Part shown: positions 50,373 through 64,000 of the stretch, in pieces
Layout of the letters: each line of letters opens with the position of its first letter
Position numbering within the stretch: the first letter of the stretch is position 1
NCBI GenBank assembly: GCA_040954595.2
Contig: CM082577.2
Span: 11,875,654 to 11,939,653, forward strand
Direction: 5' to 3'
Origin: Balanoglossus misakiensis
Lineage: Eukaryota; Animalia; Hemichordata
Length of the DNA stretch: 64,000 nt
Translations under genes and position numbers: made by a program
The notes under the pieces: model-generated
Told to the model about the DNA's origin: nothing
What the model saw: only the letters and a program-made list of their open reading frames with translations
Database searches by the model: none

Positions 50373-52884
50373 CGACCATCTAAGTATGCGGAGACAAGGA
50401 AACCGATCTTCAAATAAAACAACACAACGCAACCCAACCAAGGGAACGACGTTTCTGAGAAAAACGCGACAATGAAAGCGTCCACAGACAGACTTCGCTG
50501 TGGCTGCTAGACTTCGCATTCAAGAATTTGTGTGACTTTATGTGACTAAACATTACTTTCTGTAATTTTGGTGGTTTCTGAATCAATTGATTATTTGACA
50601 GTTGTAAGACACCAGGTTGAGGAACACACTCTCTTTTTGAATGATACGGACTATTTCACTTGTTCGCCGAGGGAGAATATCGTGACTGACTCGATTTTCT
50701 GTAGCCTGGCTGATATGTGTCCAGCTTGATGCAAAATCCGGATTCACAACCGACCAATCATATTTGAGTTCTAATGGACGAATCCCGAGCGAGGTCGTAA
50801 ACTCTGACATTTTGAAATCTTGGAATTTCCTTTGCCTGAGCTGATATGAAACTAAAAGGTGTTAATTTAAATAACAAAGAGTTTCCCGAACTAAATATAA
50901 AAGCCTGGCGGGCGAATTCTGTAACAGGCAATTCTGTCACTGTATGAGGAAAATTTGCTAACGTGGAAACGCTGAACGCATGAACACCACACAGAAGTTG
51001 CTTGACAATACAAACTTTATTACTTAAATACTATCCCCGAACAAAAATAAAATGAATATCTTCAGAATGCAAAATTATGAAATATCGATGTTGGCTATAG
51101 GAAGTCTACCGTTGACTGATAACGACATCTGTATTTACGCACTGTCTATACGCTATCGTACGTAACACAGGTAAACGGTCTTTCAAATTCAGTTTTCTGA
51201 GAGTTCTAAATTAAATCATGCAATTTTATAGTTATTAGCGAAGAGGGTTTTTATGTCCCTGAGTATCTGCACGCACGAGACAACTTGGTAGTATTTTGTT
51301 GTCCAGCCGAGTCATCCCACTTTGTATCCAGGACGCATGCGATTTCCTGATTGTCATCCTACAGGTGGATATGGTTGGCTTTGATTGCGACTTGAAATAA
51401 AAGAGACTGCAGGAATCCGCATTCCAGGCCAGACAGATTGCTGTAACGAAATCAATGAATCATTTGTGGGGTTGATATTTGCATAGAGCATTTGTCGCGC
51501 AGATTCCCCCCCCCCCCCGGATGATTCAACAGGTGCTGGGGCTAGGTGCCAATGACGTTTATGCAAATACTCGCAGTTGAAAAATTCGCCCTGGCGTGGA
51601 CGGTTGCAATTGCAAGAGTCATCATCATTTTCGTGGAGAGCGTAAATCATGTAGGCCTAGATAGACCTCTGATTCGCGAGAATACTTTTCCCGCAGCCCG
51701 TGAATGAAGGTCAGGCATTCTAATTTATATGCTACTACGACAAATGCATCGTCGTAAACCGCGGACTCTGTACGGCAACAGTTTCTGAGTTGCACCGGGA
51801 CCGGAGAGTTGCAGTCTCTCGCTCGCGCGCGCGGAGATTGCCGACTCTGCTGACTCGCGGGAAGGCGACTAATTGTACATTCCTGTTCCGACCCAACTCG
51901 AAGAACTAGTGAAGCCAACTCGTGTGAAAACAGCGGCTGCAATGATTGAAGCGGGAACAACATTGTCCAAGTGGAATATTCGTCTCTGCACTCTGTGTTT
52001 TGCTTTCCCAGTGGACAGAACGAAGGACTTCGACTGAGTTTGCAAGCCTGAGGCGAAACCAACAAGCCGAGTACATGTAAATTGTCGATTTTTTCCCAGC
52101 ACGGTACATGTATCCGCGCACGCTTCCCTTCAAAAATGAAATTTGGTTTTTATAGCGATAATATTATCCTGCCTTGCATGTTAAGAGCTTATATTAAGCA
52201 AAATATTTGTGCACGGCTGTCAAAAAAGATGAATTCAATATTTTAGCCCGTTTAGCCACACTATGGCCACAAAAGTTGATGGCCGAAAACATAGTTAATG
52301 GCGACTACAACTTTTAGCCCGCGAACAATATCAACCCAAAATCAAGACTTGGCGTTGGCAGCTGCGTTTTGGCAGCTCATTTTGATTCAGGACTATGACA
52401 CGAACATGTCACTCTTCTTTGTCAGTTTCTGAGCATTTTGTGATTTAATGTGTACGTGATTTTTCTTGCTGGTCAACTCGATCTGTTGTGATACTGTTTA
52501 ACAGGCTCTAGCCATGTGCGTTTAGGTTTACCTGTTGTAACAACATGGAACTTAAATTTTAGCGCTGGTGTAGAATATTTGCCTCACACTCGCTTTTGGT
52601 CAGTTTCAGCTATAAACAAACGGTCACATTCCCATCAGCGATGCCAAAACTTTTTAAATCTTTAATCTGTAATTTTGTAATTTTTGTTAACTTTTTTTTT
52701 GAAACCGCTTGACATATTGCTTTGAACTTTGGTAGGCATATTCCTTGTGGTGATTGAAGTAAGACATTGTACAGTTTGGTGATATTTGCATATTATTCAT
52801 TTTCCTACAAAGAATGTTGGTTGCAGGAAAGGGGCCAACGTAACTTATTAGTGTTAATAACTAGTGGCTCTTTCCTTAAACAGC

Positions 52885-55410
52885 AATTTTTTGTTCATTG
52901 TGTTCATTTTCCTAATGGGTAATATTGAAGATGGTCAGGGGGTGCAAGTGTTAATGCTTTTTAATGTAAGTTCTTGCAGACATATACACAATGTGACAAA
53001 AATTTTTTATTCACTGTGTTTATTTTCCGATCTGAATGGGTAATATTGAAGATTGGGAGGGGGTGCAAGTGTTGTTAATGCTTTTTAATGCAAGTTTTTG
53101 CAGACATGTACACAATGTGACAACATTTTTTTATTTATTGTGTTTATTTTCCGAATTGGTAATATTGAAGATTGGGCGGGGGGAGGGGGGTGCAAGTGTT
53201 GTTAATGCTTTGTAATGCAAGTTCTTGCAGACATGTACACAATGTGACAACAATGTTTTATTTATTGTGTTTATTTTCCGAATTGGTAATATTGAAGATT
53301 GGGCGGGGGAGGGGGTGCAAGTGTTGCTAATGCTTTTTAATGCAAGTTCTTGCAGACATATACACAATGTGACAACAATTTTTTATTCATTGTGTTTATT
53401 TTCCGATCTGAATGGGTAATATTGAAGATTGGGAGGGGGGAGGGGGTGCAAGTGTTGTTAATGCTTTTTAATGCAAGTTCTTGCAGACATATACACAATG
53501 TGACAAAAAAATTTTATTCACAGTGTTTATTTTCCGATCTGAATGGGTAATATTGAAGATTGGGAGGGGGTGCAAGTGTTGTTAATGCTTTTTAATGCAA
53601 GTTTTTGCAGACATGTACACAATGTGACAACATTTTTTTATTTCCTGTGTTTATTTTCCGAATTGGTAATATTGAAGATTGGTCAGGGGGGAGGGGGGTG
53701 CAAGTGTTGTTAATGCTTTGTAATGCAAGTTTTTGCAGACATGTACACAATGTGACAACATTTTTTTATTTCCTGTGTATATTTTCCGAATTGGTAATAT
53801 TGAAGATTGGTCAGGGGGGAGGGGGGTGCAAGTGTTGTTAATGCTTTGTAATGCAAGTTCTTGCAGACATGTACACAATGTGACAACAATGTTTTATTTA
53901 TTGTGTTTATTTTCCGAATTGGTAATATTGAAGATTGGGCGGGGGGAGGGGGTGCAAGTGTTGCTAATGCTTTTTAATGCAAGTTCTTGCAGACATATAC
54001 ACAATGTGACAACAATTTTTTATTCATTGTGTTTATTTTCCGATCTGAATGGGTAATATTGAAGATTGGGAGGGGGAGGGGGTGCAAGTGTTGTTAATGC
54101 TTTTTAATGCAAGTTCTTGCAGTCATATACACAATGTGACAAAAAAATTTTATTCACTGTGTTTATTTTCCGATCTGAATGGGTAATATTGAAGATTGGG
54201 AGGGGGTGCAAGTGTTGTTAATGCTTTTTAATGCAAGTTTTTGCAGACATGTACACAATGTGACAACATTTTTTTATTTCCTGTGTTTATTTTCCGAATT
54301 GGTAATATTGAAGATTGGTCAGGGGGGAGGGGGGTGCAAGTGTTGTTAATGCTTTGTAATGCAAGTTTTTGCAGACATGTACACAATGTGACAACATTTT
54401 TTTATTTCCTGTGTATATTTTCCGAATTGGTAATATTGAAGATTGGTCAGGGGGGAGGGGGGTGCAAGTGTTGTTAATGCTTTGTAATGCAAGTTCTTGC
54501 AGACATATACACAATGTGACAACCATTTTTTATTCATTGTGTTTATTTTCCGAATGGGTAATATTGAAGATTGGGAGGGGGAGGGGGTGCAAGTGTTGTT
54601 AATGTTTTTTAATGCAAGTTCTTGCAGACATATACACAATGTGACAACAATTTTTTATTCATTGTGTTTATTTTCCGAATGGGTAATATTGAAGATTGGG
54701 AGGGGGAGGGGGTGCAAGTGTTGTTAATGCTTTTTAATGCAAGTTCTTGCAGACATATACACAATGTGACAACAATTTTGTATTCATTGTGTTTATTTTC
54801 CGTATGGGTAATATTGAAAATTGGTCAGGGGGGAGGGGGTGCAAGTGTTGTTAATGCTTTTTAATGCAAGTTCTTGCAGACATGTTCACAATGTGACAAC
54901 AATTTTGTATTCATTGTGTTTATTTTCCGAATGGGTAATATTGAAGATTGGTCAGGGGGGAGGGGGGTGCAAGTGTTGTTAATGCTTTTTAATGCAAGTT
55001 CTTGCAGACATATACACAATGTGACAACAATTTTGTATTCATTGTGTTTATTTTCCGAATGGGTAATATTGAAGATTGGTCAGGGGGGAGGGGGGTGCAA
55101 GTGTTGTTAATGCTTTTTAATGCAAGTTCTTGCAGACATATACACAATGTGACAACAATTTTTTATTCATTGTGTTTATTTTCCGAATGGGTAATATTGA
55201 AGATTGGTCAGGGGGGAGGGGGTGCAAGTGTTGTTAATGCTTTTTAATGCAAGTTCTTGCAGACATATACACAATGTGACAACAATTTTTTATTCATTGT
55301 GTTTATTTTCCGAATGGGTAATATTGAAGATCGGGAGGGGGGAGGGGGTGCAAGTGTTGTTAATGCTTTTAATGTAAGTTCTTGCAGACATATACACAAT
55401 GTGACACATT
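52885..55410. repeat. Satellite array 1, ~125-128 bp unit, about 20 copies
   Basis: Unit ttgcagacat(a/g)tacacaatgtgacaac...ggtaatattgaagattgg..gggggaggggtgcaagtgttgttaatgc. Confidence 0.96.
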
Positions 55411-55599
55411 ACGAATGGTAATATTTCTGATTAGGTTTTGTTAATAAATATTTACTCTTTATTTTTTTTTCTTTGCAGGATCTTGACAAAAGAAATGTGA
55501 ACTGATTGGACAGAAAGATGATAGATGAACTTGTTCTATCTGTACACATTGCACACCCTGTGTATTATGATTGTATGGTCATGCAAAGAGTTATAACTT

Positions 55600-57640
55600 C
55601 TTTTTTTTTTGTCTCAACAGAGTCAACTCCTTGGAAGTACTTTGGCTTGGATTATGGTGATGGTGGATGGCGATCACACATTACACACACTTTGAATTTT
55701 TGTGATTCTGTTGTGATGAAAAGATTAATATTGATCTTAATTTTTTTATCTCAACAGAGTCAACTGGTTGGACGTACTTAAGACTGGATATTGGTTTGGA
55801 GATATGGTGATGGTGGATGGGCGATCACACATTACACACACTTTGAATTTTTTAATTTTTGTGATTCTGTTGTGATGAAAAGATTAATATTGATCTTAAT
55901 TTTTTATCTCAACAGAGTCAACTGGTTGGAAGTACTTAAGACTGGATATTGGTTTGGAGATATGGTGATGGTGGATGGGCGATCACACATTACACACACT
56001 TTGAATTTTTGAATTTTTGTGATTCTGTTGTGATGCAAAGATTAATATTGATCTTTATTTGTTATCTCAACAGAGTCAACTGGTTGGAAGTACTTAAGAC
56101 TGGATATTGGTTTGGAGATATGGTGATGGTGGATGGCGATCACACATTACACACACTTTGAATTTTTGTGATTCTGTTGTGATGCAAAGATTAATATTGA
56201 TCTTAATTTTTTTATCTCAACAGAGTCAACTGGTTGGACGTACTTAAGACTGGATATTGGTTTGGAGATATGGTGATGGTGGATGGGCGATCACACATTA
56301 CACACACTTTGAATTTTTGAATTTTTGTGATTCTGTTGTGATGAAAAGATTAATATTGATCTTAATTTTTTATCTCAACAGAGTCAACTGGTTGGAAGTA
56401 CTTAAGACTGGATATTGGTTTGGAGATATGGTGATGGTGGATGGGCGATCACACATTACACACACTTTGAATTTTTGAATTTTTGTGATTCTGTTGTGAT
56501 GCAAAGATTAATATTGATCTTTATTTTTTATCTCAACAGAGTCAACTGGTTGGACGTACTTAAGACTGGATATTGGTTTGGATCTATGGTGATGGTGGAT
56601 GGCGATCACACATTACACACACTTTGAATTTTTGAATTTTTGTGATTCTGTTGTGATGCAAAGATTAATATTGATCTTAATTTTTTATCTCAACAGAGGC
56701 AACTGGTTGGACGTTCTTAAGACTGGATATTGGTTTGAAGTATGGTGACGGTGGATGGCGATCACACATTACACACACTTTGAATTTTTGAATTTTTGTG
56801 ATTCTGTTGTGATGCAAAGATTAATATTGATCTTAATTTTTTATCTCAACAGAGGCAACTGGTTGGACGTTCTTAAGACTGGATATTGGTTTGGAGATAT
56901 GGTGATGGTGGATGGCGATCACACATTACACACAATTTGAATTTTTGAATTTTTGTGATTCTGTTGTGATGCAAAGATTAATATTGATCTTTATTTTTTA
57001 TCTCAACAGAGTCAACTGGTTGGACGTACTTAAGACTGGATATTGGTTTGGATCTATGGTGATGGTGGATGGCGATCACACATTACACACACTTTGAATT
57101 TTTGAATTTTTGTGATTCTGTTGTGATGCAAAGATTAATATTGATCTTAATTTTTTATCTCAACAGAGGCAACTGGTTGGACGTTCTTAAGACTGGATAT
57201 TGGTTTGAAGTATGGTGACGGTGGATGGCGATCACACATTACACACACTTTGAATTTTTGAATTTTTGTGATTCTGTTGTGATGCAAAGATTAATATTGA
57301 TCTTAATTTTTTATCTCAACAGAGGCAACTGGTTGGACGTTCTTAAGACTGGATATTGGTTTGGAGATATGGTGATGGTGGATGGCGATCACACATTACA
57401 CACACTTTGAATTTTTGAATTTTTGTGATTCTGTTGTGATGCAAAGATTAATATTGATCTTAATTTTTTATCTCAACAGAGTCAACTGGTTGGACGTACT
57501 TAAGACTGGATATTGGTTTGGAGATATGGTGATGGTGGATGGGCGATCACACATTACACACACTTTGAATTTTTAATTTTTTGTGATTCTGTTGTAATAC
57601 GTATCTTTCTTTTTTATCTCGACAGAGTCAACTGGTTGGA
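55600..57640. repeat. Satellite array 2, ~150-158 bp unit, about 13 copies
   Basis: Unit tatctcaacagagtcaactggttgga.gtacttaagactggatattggtttgga...cacacattacacacactttgaat... Confidence 0.96.
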
Positions 57641-60600
57641 ACTACTGAAGGCTGGTCATTGGCCTGCAGATGGAGCTTTGGTGGTGGTGGTGGTTTTGGG
57701 CCGGACTGGACATGTGTACTGTATTTTTGCGATTGTTCGGTCATGCATAAGCTCTTTTGTATCTCCACAGAGTCATCACATTGGAAGATCTGAAGGCTGG
57801 ACATTGGCCTGCAGATAGATCTGTGGTGGTGGTGGTGGTGATGGCTTTGGGCTGGACTGGACATGTGTACTGTATTTTTGCGATTGTCATGCATAAGCTC
57901 TTTTGTATCTCCACAGACTCATCACGTTGGAGGATCTGAAGGCTGGACATTGGCCTGCAGATGGATCTGTGGTGGTGGTGTGGTGGTGGTGATGGCTTTG
58001 GGCTGGACTGGACATGTGTACTGTAATTTTGCGATTGTTCGGTCATGCATAAGCTCTTTTGTATCTCTACAGAGTCATCACGTTGGAGGATCTGAAGGCT
58101 GGACATTGGCCTGCAGATGGATCTGTGGTGGTGGTGGTGGTGATGGCTTTGGGCTGGACTGGACATGTGTACTGTATTTTTGCGATTGTTCGGTCATGCA
58201 TAAGCTCTTTTGTATCTCTACAGAGTCATCACGTTGGAGGATCTGAAGGCTGGACATTGGCCTGCAGATGGATCTGTGGTGGTGGTGGTGGTGATGGCTT
58301 TGGGCTGGACTGGACATGTGTACTGTATTTTTGCGATTGTTCGGTCATGCATAAGCTCTTTTGTATCTCCACAGAGTCATCATGTTGGAAGTACTGAAGG
58401 CTGGACATTGGCCTGCAGATGGATCTGTGGTGGTGGTGATGGCTTTGGGCTGGACTGGACATGTTTACTGTATTTTTGCGATTGTTCGGTCATGCATAAG
58501 CTCTTTTGTATCTCCACAGAGTCATCACGTTGGAGGATCTGAAGGCTGGACATTGGCCTGCAGATGGATCTGTGGTGGTGGTGGTGGTGGTGATGGCTTT
58601 GGGCTGGACTGGACATGTGTACTCTATTTTTGCGATTGTTCGGTCATGCATAAGCTCTTTTGTATCTCCACAGAGTCATCACGTTGGAAGATCTGAAGGC
58701 TGGACATTGGCCCGCAGATGGATCTGTTGTGGTGGTGGTGGTGGTGGTGATGGCTTTGGGCTGGACTGGACATGTGTACTCTATTTTTGCGATTGTTCAG
58801 TCATGCATAAGCTCTTTTGTATCTCCACAGAGTCATCACGTTGGAAGATCTGAAGGCTGGACATTGGCCTGCAGATGGATCTGTGGTGGTGGTGATGGCT
58901 TTGGGCTGGACTGGACTGGACATGTGTACTCTATTATTGTGATTGTTCGGTCATGCATAAGCTCTTTTGTATCTCCACAGAGTCATCACGTTGGAAGATC
59001 TGGAGGCTGGACATTGGCCTGCAGATGGATCTGTGGTGGTGGTGATGGCTTTGGGCTGGACTGGACATGTGTACTGTATTTTTGCGATTGTTCGGTCATG
59101 CATAAGCTCTTTTGTATCTCCACAGAGTCATCACGTTGGAAGATCTGAAGGCTGGACATTGGCCCGCAGATGGATCTGTTGTGGTGGTGGTGGTGGTGGT
59201 GGTGATGGCTTTGGGCTGGACTGGACATGTGTACTCTATTTTTGCGATTGTTCAGTCATGCATAAGCTCTTTTGTATCTCCACAGAGTCATCACGTTGGA
59301 AGATCTGAAGGCTGGACATTGGCCTGCAGATGGATCTGTGGTGGTGGTGATGGCTTTGGGCTGGACTGGACTGGACATGTGTACTCTATTATTGTGATTG
59401 TTCGGTCATGCATAAGCTCTTTTGTATCTCCACAGAGTCATCACGTTGGAAGATCTGGAGGCTGGACATTGGCCTGCAGATGGATCTGTGGTGGTGGTGA
59501 TGGTGATGATGGCTTTGGGCTGGACTGGACATGTGTACTCTATTTTTGTGATTGTTCGGTCATGCATTACCTATTTTTTTATCTCCACAGAGTCATCACG
59601 TTGGAAGATCTGGAGGCTGGACATTGGCCTGCAGATGGAGCTTTGGTGGTGGTGGTGGTGATGGCTTTGGGCTGGACTGGACATGTGTACTGTATTTTTG
59701 CGATTGTTCGGTCATGCATAAGCTCTTTTGTATCTCCACAGAGTCATCACGTTGGAAGATCTGGAGGCTGGACATTGGCCTGCAGATGGATCTGTGGTGG
59801 TGGTGATGGCTTTGGGCTGGACTGGACATGTGTACTGTATTTTTGCGATTGTTCGGTCATGCATAAGCTCTTTTGTATCTCCACAGAGTCATCACGTTGG
59901 AGGATCTGAAGGCTGGACATTGGCCTGCAGATGGATCTGTGGTGGTGGTGATGGCTTTGGGCTGGACTGGACATGTGTACTGTATTTTTGCGATTGTTCG
60001 GTCATGCATAAGCTCTTTTGTATCTCCACAGAGTCATCACGTTGGAGGATCTGAAGGCTGGACATTGGCTTGCAGATGGATCTGTGGTGGTGGTGATGGC
60101 TTTGGGCTGGACTGGACATGTGTACTGTATTTTTGCGATTGTTCGGTCATGCATAAGCTCTTTTAAATCTCCACAGAGTCATCACGTTGGAGGATCTGAA
60201 GGCTGGACATTGGCCTGCAGATGGATCTGTGGTGGTGGTGATGGCTTTGGGCTGGACTGGACATGTGTACTGTATTTTTGCGATTGTTCGGTCATGCATA
60301 AGCTCTTTTGTATCTCCACAGAGTCATCACGTTGGAGGATCTGAAGGCTGGACATTGGCTTGCAGATGGATCTGTGGTGGTGGTGATGGCTTTGGGCTGG
60401 ACTGGACATGTGTACTGTATTTTTGCGATTGTTCGGTCATGCATAAGCTCTTTTGTATCTCCACAGAGTCATCACGTTGGAGGATCTGAAGGCTGGACAT
60501 TGGCCTGCAGATGGATCTGTGGTGGTGGTGATGGCTTTGGGCTGGACTGGACATGTGTACTGTATTTTTGCGATTGTTCGGTCATGCATAAGCTCTTTTG

Positions 60601-63600
60601 TATCTCCACAGAGTCATCACGTTGGAGGATCTGAAGGCTGGACATTGGCCTGCAGATGGATCTGTGGTGGTGGTGATGGCTTTGGGCTGGACTGGACATG
60701 TGTACTCTATTTTTGCGATTGTTCGGTCATGCATAAGCTCTTTTGTATCTCCACAGAGTCATCACGTTGGAAGATCTGGAGGCTGGACATTGGCCTGCAG
60801 ATGGATCTGTGGTGGTGGTGATGGCTTTGGGCTGGACTGGACATTTGTACTGTATATTTGCGATTGTTCGGTCATGCATAAGCTCTTTTGTATCTCCACA
60901 GAGTCATCACGTTGGAGGATCTGAAGGCTTGACATTGGCCTGCAGATGGATCTGTGGTGGAGGTGGTGGTGATGGCTTTGGGCTTGACTGGACATGTGTA
61001 CTGTATTTTTGCGATTGTTCGGTCATGCATAAGCTCTTTTGTATCTCCACAGAGTCATCACGTTGGAGGATCTGAAGGCTGGACATTGGCCTGCAGATGG
61101 ATCTGTGGTGGTGGTGGTGGTGGTGATGGCTTTGGGCTGGACTGGACATGTGTACTGTATTTTTGCGATTGTTCGGTCATGCATAAGCTCTTTTGAATCT
61201 CCACAGACTCATCACGTTGGAGGATCTGAAGGCTGGACATTGGCCTGCAGATGGATCCGTGGTGGTGGTGGTGGTGATGGCTTTGGGCTGGACTGGACAT
61301 GTGTACTGTATTTTTGTGATTGTTCGGTCATGCATAAGCTCTTTTGTATCTCCACAGACTCATCACGTTGGAGGATCTGAAGGCTGGACATTGGCCTGCA
61401 GATGGATCTGTGGTGGTGGTGGTGGTGGTGGTGATGGCTTTGGGCTGGACTGGACATGTGTACTGTATTTTTGCGATTGTTCGGTCATGCATAAGCTCTT
61501 TTGTATCTCCACAGAGTCATCACGTTGGAGGATCTGAAGGCTGGACATTGGCCTGCAGATGGATCTGTGGTGGTGATGGTGGTGATGGCTTTGGGCTGGA
61601 CTGGACATGTGTACTGTATTTTTGCGATTGTTCGGTCATGCATAAGCTCTTTTATATCTCCACAGAGTCGTCACGTTGGAGGATCTGAAGGCTGGACATT
61701 GGCCTGCAGATGGATCTGTGGTGGTGATGGTGGTGATGGCTTTGGGCTGGACTGGACATGTGTACTGTATTTTTGTGATTGTTCGGTCATGCATAAGCTC
61801 TTTTATATCTCCACAGAGTCGTCACGTTGGAGGATCTGAAGGCTGGACATTGGCCTGCAGATGGATCTGTGGTGGTGATGGTGGTGATGGCTTTGGGCTG
61901 GACTGGACATGTGTACTGTATTTTTGCGATTGTTCGGTCATGCATAAGCTCTTTTATATCTCCACAGAGTCGTCACGTTGGAGGATCTGAAGGCTGGACA
62001 TTGGCCTGCAGATGGATCTGTGGTGGTGATGGTGGTGATGGCTTTGGGCTGGACTGGACATGTGTACTGTATTTTTGTGATTGTTCGGTCATGCATAAGC
62101 TCTTTTATATCTCCACAGAGTCATCACATTGGAAGATCTGAAGGCTGGACATTGGCCTGCAGATGGATCTGTGGTGGTGGTGATGGCTTTGGGCTGGACT
62201 GGACATGTGTACTGTATTTTTGTGATTGTTCGGTCATGCATAAGCTCTTTTGTATCTCCACAGAGTCATCACGTTGGAAGATCTGACACTGGACATTGGC
62301 CAGCAGATGGATCTGTGGTGGTGGTGATGGCTTTGGGCTGGACTGGACATGTGTACTGTATTTTTGCGATTGTTCGGTCATGCATAAGCTCTTTTGTATC
62401 TCCACAGAGTCATCGCATTGGAAGTACTGAAGGCTGGACATTGGCCTGCAGATGGATCTGTGGTGGTGGTGATGGCTTTGGGCTGGACTGGACATGTGTA
62501 CTGTATTTTTGCGATTGTTCGGTCATGCATAAGCTCTTTTGTATCTCCTCAGAGTCATCACGTTGGAAGATCTGAAGGCTGGACATTGGCTTGCAGATGG
62601 ATCTGTGGTGGTGGTGGTGGTGATGGCTTTGGGCTGGACTGGACATGTGTACTGTATTTTGCGATTGTTCGGTCATGCATAAGCTCTTTTGTATCTCCAC
62701 AGAGTCATCTGGTTGGAAGTACTAAAGGCTGGACATTGGCCTGCAGATGGAGCTTCAGTGGTAGTGGTGATGGCTTTGGGCTGGACTGGACATGTGTACT
62801 GTATTTTTGCGATTGTTCGGTCATGCATAAGCTCTTTTGTATCTCCACAGAGTCATCATGTTGGAAGTACTGAAGGCTGGACATTGGCCTGCAGATGGAT
62901 CTGTGGTGGTGGTGATGGCTTTGGGCTGGACTGGACATGTGTACTGTATTTTGCGATTGTTCGGTCATGCATAAGCTCTTTTGTATCTCCACAGAGTCAT
63001 CTGGTTGGAAGTACTAAAGGCTGGACATTGGCCTGCAGATGGAGCTTCAGTGGTAGTGGTGATGGCTTTGGGCTGGACTGGACATGTGTACTGTATTTTT
63101 GCGATTGTTCGGTCATGCATAAGCTATTTTGTATCTCCACAGAGTCATCTGGTTGGAAGATCTGGAGGCTGGACATTGGCCTGCAGATGGATCTGTGGTG
63201 GTGGTGATGGCTTTGGGCTGGACTGGACATGTGTACTCTATTATTGTGATTGTTCGGTCATGCATAAGCTCTTTTGTATCTCCACAGAGTCATCATGTTG
63301 GAAGTACTGAAGGCTGGACATTGGCCTGCAGATGGATCTGTGGTGGTGGTGATGGCTTTGGGCTGGACTGGACATGTGCACTCTATTTTTGCGATTGTTC
63401 GGTCATGCATAAGCTCTTTTGTATCTCCACAGAGTCATCACGTTGGAAGATCTGGAGGCTGGACATTGGCCTGCAGATGGATCTGTGGTGGTGGTGATGG
63501 CTTTGGGCTGGACTGGACATGTGTACTGTATTTTTGCAATTGTTCGGTCATGCATAAGCTCTTTTGTATCTCCACAGAGTCATCACGTTGGAGGATCTGA

Positions 63601-64000
63601 AGGCTGGACATTGGCCAGCAGATGGATCTGTGGTGGTGGTGATGGCTTTGGGCTGGACTGGACATGTGTACTGTATTTTTGCGATTGTTCGGTCATGCAT
63701 AAGCTCTTTTGTATCTCCACAGAGTCATCACGTTGGAAGATCTGAAGGCTGGACATTGGCTTGCAGATGGATCTGTGGTGGTGGTGGTGGTGATGGCTTT
63801 GGGCTGGACTGGACATGTGTACTGTATTTTTGCGATTGTTCGGTCATGCATAAGCTCTTTTGTATCTCCTCAGAGTCATCACGTTGGAAGATCTGAAGGC
63901 TGGACATTGGCTTGCAGATGGATCTGTGGTGGTGGTGGTGGTGATGGCTTTGGGCTGGACTGGACATGTGTACTGTATTTTTGCGATTGTTAGGTCATGC
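57640..64000. repeat. Satellite array 3, ~145-157 bp unit with variable internal (GGT)n, more than 40 copies, runs off the window
   Basis: Unit tatctccacagagtcatcacgttggaggatctgaaggctggacattggcctgcagatggatctg(tgg)n tgatggctttgggctggactggac... Confidence 0.97.

Noticed and set aside
48817-50940. Medium ORFs on both strands, one faintly like an M1 aminopeptidase N-terminus (VEITLQCLEPTSFILL)
   Set aside because: No further motifs or consistent splice structure. A nearby CCAAT and X-box-like motif (~49585-49620) suggests regulatory DNA, but that is also unsupported.
52885-64000. Numerous ORFs (poly-His/Val/Gly/Pro) in the satellite arrays
   Set aside because: Monomer lengths are mostly not multiples of three and ORFs occur in all frames on both strands, so they are repeat artefacts.
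52885-64000. CRISPR-like array
   Set aside because: No unique spacers, units are fully repeated, no cas genes, and the context is eukaryotic.

Overview
Animal (probably marine invertebrate) genomic DNA with three parts. (1) ~1-34.8 kb is a dense mosaic of short, butt-joined, decayed fragments from roughly a dozen transposon groups: piggyBac, P/THAP9-like, EnSpm/CACTA, pogo/Tigger, Zator-like, CR1, IS3EU-like, Polinton-like, MULE/SWIM with YqaJ-PHD, BEL/Pao, Academ/RecQ, DIRS-like and hAT. It also holds cargo-like pieces (SH3 x3, TatD, C2H2 fingers, CXC). Almost every recognisable coding fragment lies on the minus strand. An internal tandem duplication (~14.1-25.4 kb vs ~27.2-34.7 kb) shows that copy-specific fragments mostly keep this orientation. 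This is the architecture expected of a flamenco-like uni-strand piRNA cluster, which is an inference because no small-RNA data are available. (2) ~36.5-45.8 kb holds an intact 4-exon, 396-aa rhodopsin-family neuropeptide GPCR on the minus strand, with MITE-like and palindromic repeats in its intron and upstream region. (3) ~52.9-64 kb holds three adjacent tandem satellite arrays (~125, ~157 and ~145-157 bp units). The last two are homologous, and all three show higher-order repeats. All family assignments come from motif recognition by eye, not database searches.
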